Shown here piece after piece: positions 1 through 12,455 of a stretch of 64,000 nt of DNA. A program made the translations under genes and the position numbers. Each line of letters starts with the position of its first letter. Position 1 is the stretch's first letter. The notes beneath the pieces are model-generated. The model did no database searches, had not been told where the DNA came from, and was given only the letters and a program-made list of their open reading frames with translations. The DNA is taken from positions 9,734,001 through 9,798,000 of the forward strand of contig JAWMAR010000003.1 in the NCBI GenBank assembly GCA_036785375.1, written 5' to 3'. The stretch comes from Leucoraja ocellata (taxonomy: Eukaryota).

Positions 1-821
1 ACAACTTGGTACGTTGATAGTTGTACAAGGTTTGGAGCTGCGGTTTCTATGGTTTTAAAGTTGCCTGGTCTGTAAGACTGTAAATAATGATTTAGAATTT
101 TGTGGTATGAAAATTCTTGTTTGATGTTAACTCCAGCTAAATAAATACTGGAATGTTAATTGGACATCACATGCTCAGATCTGTTATCTGAGTGTCTGTG
201 TACTCAATTGAAATTTCGATTGGACGAGAACACTCTTTTTGCCCAGATATGGTACCTTATTCTATCTGTGCCTTTGATATTATTTATTTTATAATCTAGC
301 AAAACACAGTCAATGCTAAATTCCTAATACTTGTAAGAAATAAAACAACCAAAACTATTTTTAATGTTTTTATTATATTTCTAAATTTTGAATGCAGTCT
401 GTTTGATTTAATGTGAACTGATTCTTTTGGATTTCAACCAACTTCTCAAAAATATTATTATTCCAAAGTGATCATTTTGCAGATTGAAATTACACTTAAG
501 AAAATAATTTGGGAAGGGACCTGTACATCTAGAATCTTTGAAGCACACAATCTTATTTTTAAAATGCTAAAAATGAGACCCTGCTTCATGGACAAATACT
601 TTTTTTTTGCAGTTGTTTGTGGCTACCATCTATCCTGCTGGAAACACATCTATTTCTGAAGAATTTCAACCCAATTATCCTCATATATGATGCTGTCTAA
701 TGCAATACGTTGTTAGGATCAGCACTCAAAGAAGAATTTGTAACCAGCTGAGATTTCCTTCACTCCAACGCTTCTATGCCCTTTAAATTATAAAACAAAT
801 TGGGCCAGAGGACATTTTGAC

Positions 822-1442
822 CTGACCTGCACCTTACATTTTCCCCTTACACAACCTCTGTGGCTGTAATGACCTCTCATGGTAGAATAGGATCCATCAA
901 ACTGGGTGCTTCACACCATTGCCCTGCTACAAGTAGTTACCAGGCCTCGGGTGGTGCATTTAACAGTAGATTTAAAGAATTACAAACATAAAAAATACTT
1001 ACAAATATTAAAAGGTAACAAATTTGGTTGATGCACTTATTGCCTCTAAATGAAGGCTCAGACACAAGTAAAAGTAAACATAAACACAGAATCTGAATGT
1101 AACTTTTTACTGCAAGATGAATGTGATTTTTGCTGAGAGCGATGGATTGAATGCAATGTACTCTTTATTTCAGTATGAAGCCTACACAGAATTAATAATG
1201 AGGAGTCCATTGGCAGAGCAAAGGTTAATTGCTCTGGCTTCTGACCTCTAGGGTTTTTTTCTGACTTCTCAGCTGCTGTGTGCAGATGTGAAAGTTAAAG
1301 AAACTCTATGAATCAAAGAGTGAATAGAGTTGCCACCCACATCCAAGCTTGATCTGGCACAATAGCTGCCTGATGACAATGAGGACAATTTCAGGATAAC
1401 TCACAGAGGTTGTGTAAGGGGGAAATGTAAGGTGCAGGTCAG
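822..1442. repeat. 41-bp near-perfect inverted repeat pair (822-862 / 1402-1442)
   Basis: ctgacctgcaccttacattttccccttacacaacctctgtg is the reverse complement of cacagaggttgtgtaagggggaaatgtaaggtgcaggtcag with 1 mismatch; ~540-bp spacer; no TSD seen. Confidence 0.85.
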
Positions 1443-1634
1443 ATCTGAACTACGTAGGTAATAGTGATAATATTGGCCAAATAAGTATGTCACAAAATGG
1501 AGGATCTCTGCATTTGCAACGCCTGTTTGTCATCTTTCTGTGAAAAACTGCAAAGCCACCAGTCTCATGGCTCCAGGGTGCCTGGACCCTGGGAGGAAGT
1601 CAAGCACAGGGTGATGTCCAGATGTCCCCTCTAT

Positions 1635-2261
1635 TGTTAATATGTATGAAGGGTTTGCAGAAAGAGCTGAGCTGGGTTGCAAATGCATGATCAGGATTGC
1701 TTATAGAATGGGGTGTTGTAAAGTATTGTTAATTGTGTTGCAGAGTGTTTGAGCTGTTATCTTGTGATTGGTCAAAGTATGGAGCCTTGTTCAAATGGTT
1801 TATATTACCTGGGGAAATGTTTCTTTACTTTGGTGAACTGTCTTCCAACTAGAACCTTCTGTGGAAACAATGTAATGGGGTACTTTGTGATTGGGTTAGG
1901 AAACTGTCAATAAATGTATTATATGATCTTTATTTGTGATTGGCTTGTAGTGGTTGCCCCCCCCCCCCCCCCCCCCCACACCATGTATTTCCGCGCCACA
2001 GGTCCGATACAGTATAAAAGAGGGAACACCGCATGGATCGAGGTCGATCTTCTGGGGGTGCACTTGGGACTGTGTTGACCATCTGGAGGTGTCTATTCGC
2101 ACAAAGCTCATGGGCTTGGACGAGTAGAGACAAGATCGGACCCACAGCGTTGGTTAGGTATCATATAGGAAGTTTGTTTGTGAGTGGGAATAAAGAGTTT
2201 AGTTGATCCAGTGCTTGACTCAGTGTTTTACTGAACTAGACTAACGGGGTAAGCTTTAGCA
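1635..2261 (+). mobile_element. Probable solo LTR (ERV/Gypsy-like)
   Basis: Begins TGTTAA, ends TTAGCA; TATA-like gtataaaag ~2012, AATAAA ~2189 followed by U5-like sequence; internal poly-C. No convincing TSD. Confidence 0.5.
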
Positions 2262-2374
2262 GCATAATTATAATGTTGTCCCTTCTCTCATGATGTTCAC
2301 CAAACCTTTGTTCTTTGAGCTGGACATTCCCTGATGATTTGTTTCACTCAGAGCACTGATATTAATGTCAGTGT

Positions 2375-2471
2375 GACTGAAGGCTATGGGAAGAAGGCAG
2401 GAGAATGGGGTTAGGAGGGAGAGATAGATCAACCATGATTGAATGGCGCAGTAAACGTGATGGGCCGAATG
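2375..2471 (+). mobile_element. CR1 LINE 3' tail fragment
   Basis: ggctatgggaagaaggcaggagaatggg...atcaaccatgattgaatggc...gggccgaatg, same tail type as other CR1 copies here. Confidence 0.7.
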
Positions 2472-3855
2472 TAACATAACTGTATGACTTTAAGTCCCAG
2501 GTTCCAAAAAGCAGGGCAGGATCATGTCTGTTGTTGTTAGGGCGTATCTATGAAGGCACGTCGGTTCCAAGCTTCACAATATACATCAATCCCCTGCAAG
2601 AGTTTGGTTTACTTCAATCATATCACTTCTTATTCTACCAAGTTTGAAAGATTATAGTCTCTGTCTACTTAACTCATTCCTCATGAAATAATTGCCCCCA
2701 CCCTTCACAGGAATTAATCTAGTGTACCTGTGCTGCACTCGAGCTATCATAGATATATCCTTTCTTCTTCAGGACAATCTGAACTGTACATAATTCTCCA
2801 GATAAACCCTCACCAGCTCCCAATAAAATTTATTTATTCTGGTCCTGAATATATTTGCAAGAAAGGTCAAAATAACATTGCTTGCTTTACCTGTATGTTA
2901 ACTTGCCATGATTTGTGTGCAATGTCCTTTTTTGCTCCCGATGAACACCCAAACCTTACAATCTCTCACCAATTAAAAAAACCCATGCTATTTTCATTTC
3001 ATTTTCTTACCTCAGTGGATGACATTGCAGTTTTCACTTCATGTCCCATTTCCTATGTCCTTCATTTTGACTGACTATATTTTCTTGAAGCTTCCCTGCA
3101 GCCCATGGTGTCTTCCAGCGTTTAATCATCTTTGACATACAAAATATTATCTCCTCGTTAAATCATTAATATAGGTTTTAAACCGCTAGAACTATCCCCT
3201 GTATAAACTCTTGCCACAGGTACCCAATCTGAAAATGACCAGTTTATTGCTACTCCCTGTTCATGTCCAATATTCATAATGGTTTATTGTTGTCACATGT
3301 ACCGAGATGCAGTGTAAAGTGATGCTTTCCATGCTGTCCAGTCAAATCATACCATACATGAGCACAAACAAACCATACATAAATATAACAGGTAGTTAAA
3401 AGAGAAAAATAAACACAGTTCAGAGAAAATACAGATTAAGAAAATGCTAGGGCTGCATCGAGATAGATTGGGAGATTGGGTTTTTAGTTTGATCTGACAT
3501 CTCACTTCAATTCCATGGTAAACCGGCCAGCTGATGTGATGCAGTGGTTGGTGCCCATCAGCTGCAGAGCCATGAGGCTCCTCCCTTGAGAGGGAGGTGA
3601 AAGGTCAGTGAGTTGAATTCTCAATCGACATTGACATATTATCCCCAATCTCAAGTGTTCTAATTTTGAACATTAACTTTTCATGTGGCCCTGTATCAGA
3701 AGCCTTTTAAAAGTTTAAATGAACCACATCTATTTCTCCCCCTTGTCTATTCTGCAAAATACAACCTCAGAAACATCCAACAAATATTTCAAATATGATT
3801 TTTGATCCATAAATACATTTTTATCCTATCTTGTTATTACTTCTGTTTCTGTTTA

Positions 3856-4752
3856 AAAAAGACGGAAGTGATTTTGTTCGGCCCTAATGGCTGCCGTGAA
3901 CCTCCCTCTGTTGACTTGGGTCCACTTGCAGTGTTTGAAAAGCCAACAGTTTTAAACCTGGGTTTTATGATGGACAGTGATTTTAAATTAGATAAGCAAA
4001 TAGGCGCAGTGGTTAAGTCCAGCTTCTTTCACCTAAGGAAGCTGGCAAAGGTGAAGCCTATTCTGGAGCGGCAGCATTTTGAAACAGTAATCCATGCCTT
4101 TATTACATCTCGGCTGGATTACTGTAATGCGCTCTACACTGGAGTCTCGCGAGCTTCGTTGGCGCGTCTCCAGTTGGTCCAAAATGCTGCCGCTCGCCTT
4201 TTAACCGGAACTCGAAAGAGGGAGCACATTACCCCAATTTTGGCCTCCCTTCACTGGCTTCCAGTGCACTTTCGAGTTCATTTTAAAATTCTTTTATTTG
4301 TTTTTAAATCTTTGAATGGCCTCGCCCCGCCTTACCTCTCTGAGCTGCTCCACCTATATGCTCCTACCCGGTGCCTCAGGTCAGCGGATCAGCTGCTCCT
4401 TGAGGTACCAAGGTCTAAGCGGAAGCTCAGAGGGGATAGAGCCTTTTCTGTTGCTGCACCGGCACTTTGGAACACCTTGCCGCTGCAGATCAGACAGGCC
4501 CCTTCACTGTCCATCTTTAAATCCTCCCTAAAAACGCATTTTTATTCAATGGCTTTCGACACTGGCTGAGACTTTGTTCCTGTTTTAGTGCTTTTAATGT
4601 CTTTTAATTTTTTACTGTTTTTATAGTCCTGTCGTTTTAATGGTTTTAGTTTTGTGATAACTTTTTGTTGATTTCCACTGTACAGCACTTTGTGGTAACT
4701 GATGTTGCCTAAAAGTGCTTTATAAATAAAGTTATTATTATTATTATTATTA
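3856..4752 (+). mobile_element. Young 5'-truncated L2 LINE (ORF2 C-terminus + 3'UTR)
   Basis: Uninterrupted ORF KKTEVILFG...HAFITSRLDYCNAL...LQLVQNAAARLLT...HITPILASLHWLPV...AFSVAAPALWNTLP, typical L2 ORF2 end; 3'UTR stem gtacagcacttt...aaagtgct, aataaa and (tta)n tail. Confidence 0.92.
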
Positions 4753-4899
4753 TATGCAGTGTTTCCATAGAAGACACAAAAATTACCAGAAGTGCTGTAG
4801 TGTGAATAGTTTTGTGAAATGAGAAAGTAAAATAAGTTCATATTTATTAAATACTAATTTAACAAGTCTGAAAACTTATAAATCCTGTGAACTTTATGA

Positions 4900-5363
4900 T
4901 TTTTAAACCCTAGAATTGTGAAAGTGATTGCCTTAGACAAAGTAGATCCTCTGCTTACTATCCTTCAAAATTCTATCAATGCTGGATTGCGTCCTGGAGA
5001 TTGGAGGGCAACAAATGTGATCCACCCATTCTAGAAAGAAGGGAGTGAGAAAATAAGGAACTATAAACCTGTCAGTGTGTCATTAGCAGTCAGGAAAATG
5101 CTAGAATGTACAATAAATGATGTGCTATCAAGGACTGTAAAAATAAAAATAGGACTGAACAGAGTTAATTTGGATTTCTGAAATGAAAATCATGCGTAAT
5201 TAATTCATTGGAGTTCTTTCAGAAAGCTCTTTGAATGTATGGAGTTGCTGATTATTTATATAATTTGGCTGAGAGAATCTAATATCACATGTCCAGGTTT
5301 GCTCATGATAGAAAACTAAATGAAACTGTGAGTAAGGAGGTGAATATATGGAATGGCAATTAG

Positions 5364-5394
<31 letters not shown>

Positions 5395-6220
5395 GAATAA
5401 GTGGGCAGGAACATGGCAGATGCAAGATAATGTGGAGAAATATGAAGTTGTTGCCTTTGATTTGTAAAATAGAAAAACAGTGTACTTTTTAATCGGGGAG
5501 AAATTGTGTAATGTTGTTTGCGAGGACCCAGGTGCAAATGCAGGGCAGTAAGTGAGTGTGGCAACCAATTAAGAAGGTTAACTTAATTGTTAAAGTTAAT
5601 GACAATTAACATACATTGTTATGTTACATAACTGTTAGAGTATGTTAGTCTTTCGAATGAGAGGATATAGGCACAAAAGTAAAGAAATCCTATTGTTACT
5701 ATATGGGGTCTTAGTGATTATGTACGATATATTGTGTATAATTTTGACCCTTATCTAAGAGAGCTATGCAACAATGATTTTGCCAGTTCCAGGGGCAGAT
5801 AGATTGACTGGACTAGGCCTACAACAGCTAGAAAAATGAGAGATCTCACTGAAACTAACAAAATTCTTGCAGGGCTAAACATTACATTTAGAATTGAATG
5901 AGGAGAAATTTTGTCATGTGAAAGATGGTGAATCTTTGGCATTTGTTAGCCCAGAGGGCCATGAGGTCTTGACCCGAAACGTCACTCATTCCTTCTCTCC
6001 AAAGATGCAGCCGGTCCCGCTGAGTTACTCCAGCATTTTGTGTCTCTCTTCAGCCATGAAGGCTCGGTCAATTGAGTTCATTAAAAAATGGAGATTAATA
6101 GATTTCTAGAACTTGAGGGAATAAAAGGGAAATACTGACGTGAGGGAAAAATAGTCTTGAGGTAAATGATCAGCCATGGTCATATTGAATGACAGAGCAA
6201 GCTTGAGGGGCCTTATGAAT
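4900..6220 (+). mobile_element. Old degraded CR1 LINE (RT region to 3' tail)
   Basis: Relics of DWRxANV.P / GNYRPVSL motifs (gattggagggcaacaaatgtg, ggaactataaacctgtcag) and CR1 tail gatcagccatggtcatattgaatg; interrupted by (TA)n and a Penelope fragment. Confidence 0.65.
5964..6050 (+). mobile_element. Penelope-like terminal fragment (3' half of hammerhead motif)
   Basis: ggtcttgacccgaaacgtc...cgctgagttactccagcattttgtgtc; flanked by gccatga direct repeats inside the CR1. Confidence 0.7.
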
Positions 6221-6594
6221 TATCATGGTACTTATGAATTCCTTAATGATAGTTTACAGTATTTTTCCTACTACTGATGTCAGGTTAACAGCTCCATAAC
6301 TCCCTTCTTTCATCAATAGTGTAGTTACTTTGGCTACTTTCCAGTCTAAGAGAAATGTTCGGGAATTGCTGAAGAAAGGAAGCTATCTATCCATGATTTA
6401 TTTTAATGTTGGATGGCCTTTGCACCCCAGCTGCAACAAGGATTTACCTGTAAGATTATTCCAGGAATGGAGAGCAAAGGTGTGGACGAAAGGAATATGG
6501 GCAAAGCGGAAAGGATGGCTAGAAAATGAAAGGGAGGAGGCAAATGGTAGAATGTGAGTGTTCATGGAATAAAGGTGCAGGTCGTCATCGGCGG

Positions 6595-7179
6595 CATGGG
6601 CGGAAATCGCTTTTAAAACATGGGGGGGACACACAGAGAGAGGGCATAGTGGGGAGGGTGAGAGGGCAGAGGAACAATTGCACGTTATAACGCGCCGACG
6701 ACCCATTCTGACCGCTGCCACCACCACCAAACGACCCCCCCCCCTCCCCCCCTACGGCGGCCCTGTGATGTATCGACTCTGACAATTCGATGGACCTACC
6801 CGGTAACAACACTAAGAGCAGCTCTGGGCCGCTGTGCTCCCCGACTCGAATCAACAGCTAACTGACACACGCTCCGTCCAGCGCTGAGCTTGCTATGGGC
6901 TGAATAAAATCTTGAGGCGGGCCGGATGTGGCCCGCAGGCCATAGTTTGGAGACCGCTGATGTACTCGTATGTATGTACGCCTGATACGGTAATTACAAT
7001 TAGCGCTGGCTTCCTTCTGTGGTGGATGGGAGCACTTAGGGGGGAAAAGGGGCCGGAGAATAGGCCTAAGCTACGTTTCGACATACAAGAATATATGGGG
7101 GGGGGGTATTGTCCCCCACCTCTCAAAACATGGGGGGACACGTTCCCCCCCCCCCCCCCCCCCCAGATTTCCACCCATG
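6595..7179. mobile_element. Non-autonomous hAT-type DNA element (MITE) containing a Charlie-type end
   Basis: TIRs catgggcggaaatc / gatttccacccatg (13/14); internal direct repeat aaaacatggggggacac near both ends; ggcgggccggatgtggcccgcaggccatagtttggagaccgctg (~6916-6959) resembles a Charlie terminus. No TSD seen. Confidence 0.7.
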
Positions 7180-7699
7180 ACCCTGAATTCCAGGTCACTC
7201 CAAACGAGTATGACTGTCCTCTCATGGAGGACGCCTGTGCATGACTTTGTTTAAGTGAGGAGACTGGTGCACAGACAGCCACAAGGTCCTTGACAGAAAG
7301 GTGACTGAGATGGAGATCAGGCAGTGGGAGGAATCTTAAGGAGAGAGATTCTCAAGGGTGGGAGGATTGATACTGAAAAGAACAATAAAAGAGGGTGGAT
7401 GAGAAGGTAGAGAGGACAAGTCGAGGAAGCTGCAGCATGGGAAGGTACCTGAGACTACTGGTACTTATGTGAGCTTGGACAGGCATTTGTGCACGTCTGC
7501 GTGTATGATAATATCGGTGCAGCAAGTTCGGGCTCTAGTCCTCTTGGATTCCCTTGCCTTTGATCAAAGACGTTTTCCCACCAAATTCGTTCATTTTTTA
7601 TTTGTTTAGGCTTTTCTAAATTTCCCACATCACCCATAAACAAAAGATGTCAAGTATATGCACATTTCGGATGAACTCCACATTCAGAGATAACTCCCT

Positions 7700-9760
7700 A
7701 ATTTGTTTCAATTTAGGTCAACCTTTTAAAAGTTGGGAGCAGATTCTAACGCGTAGCTTTATAAGGGGGCGCCATTAAATAAGAAGAAAACGTACGTAGA
7801 GATTTCAACACATGACGCAATATAGAATCATTTTGTTTTAAAACTTCCTAAAAATCTTCATAAACTTATTGACGCTAACGTTGTACACGAAGATCACCAT
7901 GAAGCACATCAGGGTGTAATGTCTCTGGCTTTGTCTGATTCGGTTAGATCTGGCATTGAAATTTCACCGTGCGTTTATTTAAAAGACTCCATTTCCCCCA
8001 TCCATTGGTGTTTCTAATAATTTTGCAATGAATTCACGGAGGGGGTTTTGCTCAGCCCGGTCGTGCGGCGAACCTAAACACCAAAGGCTGGAGCTGAAGG
8101 TAATCAACAAAGCTGGGGATTTTCCACAACGCCATTTTCTACAATGTGACCCAGCTTTGCAAATCAGGCAAGAGCAGGATCGGAGATATGCAACAATAAA
8201 TGAAAGAGCGGGGCAGAGAGCAGACGGCAGGGGGAAAAAAGGGGGGATGGTAACGCCATCTCCCCGGGATGATACTAATTGAATTAGGCCACATTTTTAA
8301 TTGGGAAGAGGGTCTGGAGGGGGCGTGGGCGATCTGTATTCTCCATCGAGAATAAGACATGCAACAGTGAATGCTTTAAAAAAATCCAGGTCTGGGGGAG
8401 TGGGGATGGAGAAATGGCATGCCTGGTTATTTCAGGGGTGTTTGGAATGTCACTAATCTTCCTGTTCCCCAGGCCCAGATTATAAAGAAATACTTGAATC
8501 TGCAGGGGGTGGGAGGGAGGGGGGAATAAAAACGTCTTTGCGAATGTGTTTCGGCGAGTCAGATACGGACTGGGTCATGGATGAAAGTGGGGCTTGGCCT
8601 CAGGGGTGGTGACGTCTCCCGTCAGTTTCAGAAACAAAAACCCAAACGTCAGATCAGCCTCCCAAGCGTTCTCATTTACTGCGGCATTATATATATATAT
8701 ATATATCTCTTAACTGGGCTCAGTTGGTTTTCTACTTAAAGGAGAAAATGCACGTCGCAGTTTTAAAAAATACTGATGTAATAGGTGGAACCTTGCATTT
8801 TAGACATATCGTTTCAATAAACGTGTTGTTAAATAATAACAATGCAGCCCACATAAATATGTTTTTCTCAACCGCAGAAAGAGCAGAAATTATAACATCA
8901 CGTTTGCGAAGCAATTATCTAAAGTTGACACGTCAGACTTCATTTTAAGAGCATATTTTTCAGTTAATCTTGATACGGGTCGTTGTTCAGAAACTTAACG
9001 TTGCGCTTTACGCAACACCAGTCCGTTTGCAGCACCTGACCTTGGCCTTTATGGGGGATGGTGGAGAATGAGTGGACGGTGGTGAAGGGTGAACTAGTCC
9101 AAGATCGCCAGTCAGTTCAGGCTGCATTTCAGTTTTTTTGTTCTGCGATTCCATGGGCTACATGCAGTTAATTTAAGTGTGTAACAAAAAAGGTGTTAGA
9201 AGTTCCACGTTGGGGTTTCGAAGGTGTGCCAGTGATGCAATAGGAGTTGTTGGACATTTGTCCATTTCCAAAGTTATCGCCGTGACCAAATGTTTATCCG
9301 ACCAAATGTTTAGAGAGTGCTTACATGCAGATCAAAGATTGCAACATGTGCAGTTGAGTTTATGCCTTAACGAAGATGGCCTTTAACGTGGAAGTGATCA
9401 AATAAGCAGAAGTGAATTCACCCATTGTCCGACCGCATGGCACTAAAAACAAGGTATAGATGGTGCCAATATTCAGTCTAGAATCTCGAAAGGAAATTAA
9501 GCGATAATTCCTTGCTTATATTTGCAAAAAACAGGTAAACGAATTACAATTTACATTAATTAAATCATTAATGTAAATAATATCTTGCAGAAGTTGTCTC
9601 CAAGTTATGACCTTTGAAAGAGAGCCACGGTTTGACCATTAGTTTCATATTCTTCTTCATATCAGCGAGGGTTTCAGGGTGCCCTCTGGGATTGACCTAC
9701 ATGTATATGGCGACCACCTAATGTACTTCAGCGCCCCCTAACTTCCATAAGTACCGCAAT
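7700..9760. promoter_or_regulatory. CpG-enriched non-repeat region, candidate promoter/5' regulatory region
   Basis: CpG clearly retained versus flanks; TGACGCAA 7813, ATTGG ~8004, GC-box gggggcgtggg ~8319, TGACGT 8610; abuts assembly gap. Confidence 0.5.
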
Positions 9761-9779
9761 TAAAGTTATGGAATGCACC

Positions 9780-9979
9780 NNNNNNNNNNNNNNNNNNNNN
9801 NNNNNNNNNNNNNNNNNNNNNNNNNNNNNNNNNNNNNNNNNNNNNNNNNNNNNNNNNNNNNNNNNNNNNNNNNNNNNNNNNNNNNNNNNNNNNNNNNNNN
9901 NNNNNNNNNNNNNNNNNNNNNNNNNNNNNNNNNNNNNNNNNNNNNNNNNNNNNNNNNNNNNNNNNNNNNNNNNNNNNNN
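9780..9979. other. Assembly gap (200 N)
   Basis: Exactly 200 N; probably a placeholder, true size unknown. Confidence 0.99.
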
Positions 9980-12307
9980 TGAATAATTTTTGCTAGTTAT
10001 TAGTGTTTGAATTTTTGCTGACATAGTTCAGTATTTTTACCTGTACATGTTTACATTAAAGGTGGTTGAATTGACTTGCATATGATTAATAGCCATTCAC
10101 TTTGTTGTTAGTAACATGGGGGTTTCATTAAAGTCATACATATTCCATGCTTATTTGGAGTTACTTTGCATTAGAAAATTCATTTGAATTCATACTGGTA
10201 AAGAGGTGGGTGTAAAATCAAAGAGATCTTCACAGATTTTGCATACGTTTGGTGTTCTGAATATAGTACTTTTGGTTCAATTTGTGATCACTTGAAACCA
10301 GGATCTTTAGAAAAAGTTGTTGGTGTTGCGTGTTAGCTTGATACTTCAGGTTGTGTAAATCTGAGCAGCTGAATGTTGGTTCATTCCCAGAAGGAATAAA
10401 GTTTTATTGATGTGATGTATTCACGGTGCTGACAAAGTAAATAGAATTGTTTGGAACAGTAAATAAAATTGTATCAGAAAATAATTTTCAAAACTTGGGC
10501 TGTCTTGGATCCATGCCTTGGTGACATTTAATAAAGGCAGCTAATAGTTTGGCCTTCGTTCAAATTTATCCTTTCAAACTTTGCTAACTAAAAGGTTATA
10601 CAATAAACAATGTTGACAATAAATTCAGCTCACTTGCACAAAGTTCTGCTATTGCTACCTTGCATTGAAACCATGCTTGTGCGGAGTGAAATATAACAGA
10701 AATGATGAAACTTGTAGCCAGTGGCTATGAAATAATGTGGATCTTGTTAAATATAATTTAGAAATGGAAACTCTTTGCTGTGCCAGAAAATAGAGTAAAA
10801 CAATTGTACCTTGTAATAAGGAAGCAAGCACATTTAAATATTTGATTTTATTTGGATATTTTACTTTCCCAAAAAACATGATTAACCATTCAACTGCAAT
10901 ATTCGTTTGGCAGGTACATCACCTTAAACCAAAAAATATATATACTTCATGTAGTTAATTCCTCCAGTGGTGCCAATTGGCAGTTTATCTCACTCAACAG
11001 GTTGACCACATCTCCTTGACAACCCACAAGCTAGCGTCAGATGACCACCAAATTTAATGTCAAAGTTGACATCATATGCTCTTGGACCATTGTGACTTGT
11101 ATCACTTTAATTTTATTTTTAAGAAATAACCAACAAGAAAATGAGTGGTCATTGATCAATTCAAGTAATTGTTGAAATCATTATAACTACCTACCTAAAA
11201 CAAAAGTATACAGTAGTATACATGAAAACAGTGACAACAGTAAATTGGTAATTTTGGACAACTAAATTACCATACAAGATTAAATTTGGAGGATGCAGAT
11301 GTAATAATTACTTGCACGTAGTCAGTGATATGCATTATGACCATTTAAAAAAATGGGGTAAAGCTAGGGAGTTTTCATGAGAGGTATCTCTCGTACACGA
11401 TAATGCAGAATATCTGACCATAATGCCTCTTCTATCTGTATGTGAAATGCTGTTCAATTTGGTTGTGTTTTTATTCATATATATTATAATTATTTAATTG
11501 GCTGTGAAGGACTTTGAGAATACAAGTTCATTTCTTCGTTAATTTTAATTGTTACCAGAAAGTGATATTTTGCATTTTGTAAAAAACATCTTTTTGTTAT
11601 CCCAATTGGAGTAAATCAAGCTGGTCAACCAAGAAGTTCCTGTCAGGTGATATGGTTATGTTCAAATAATAACATTGCCTGTAATACCACATAGGATTTT
11701 GTTTTATATTTACTAAGTTTTTGGTACAGAGAATATTGCTTTATCAAATTCGTTGATCAGTTTAATTTAGCTTGGAATACAATGATTCACCTGCCCATGC
11801 ATCTAAATTTCTCCCAGTGGTCTGAGTAAATTCTCCAATGATTCAGATGGGAATCATGTTGCAATTTAACTAAGGATATTACAATTAAATTCAAATGAGT
11901 GGCAGTACAATCAGTTTTATTCGTCACAATCAGACTTAGTATTACCCCATTGATGGCATCATCTCCCTTCAGTAGTTGCTCATAATTTCATGCCTCAGTA
12001 AAACTGCATCAGATCATTCACAACATGAATGTTTACAATTTATTATAGTCAGAAATACTTAACTTTGCTCAAATTTAGTTTGTATCATCATAAAAACTCA
12101 TCAGTGTTTTTCAAGTTTCTGAGAAATGTACCTATTACCTTATAGCGTAGAGGTCGATAAGTTCCTTGTGAAAAAACAGTTCTGTACCTTCAAGACAGAA
12201 TTGATGAATAATGAAATTACTTAAGCTCGGCATCATGTTGAGTTGTTTTTTAAAACAATTAAAAAAACAACAATGACAAAAAAATGCTCATCTACTATAA
12301 CAACATC

Positions 12308-12455
12308 TAAAAGACATTTGGATAGGTACATAGGTAGGAAAGGTCTACAGGGATATGGACCAAATGCGGGCAGGTGCAAATAGTGTAGCTGGGACATCTT
12401 GGTTGGCATGTGGAAGTTGGGCTGAAAGGTCTATTTCCATGCTGCATGAATCTGG
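12308..12455 (+). mobile_element. CR1 (HER1-type) 3' tail
   Basis: taaaagacatttggataggtacat...gggatatggaccaaatgcgggcagg...gggctgaaaggtctatttccatgctg; tail shared with the SINEs in this window. Confidence 0.75.

Noticed and set aside
1-350. Possible 3'UTR end of an upstream gene (AATAAA ~140, ~338; DTNB by human synteny)
   Set aside because: AATAAA is common in AT-rich DNA; no coding evidence.
9728-10024. ORFs spanning the N run
   Set aside because: Artefacts of the assembly gap.
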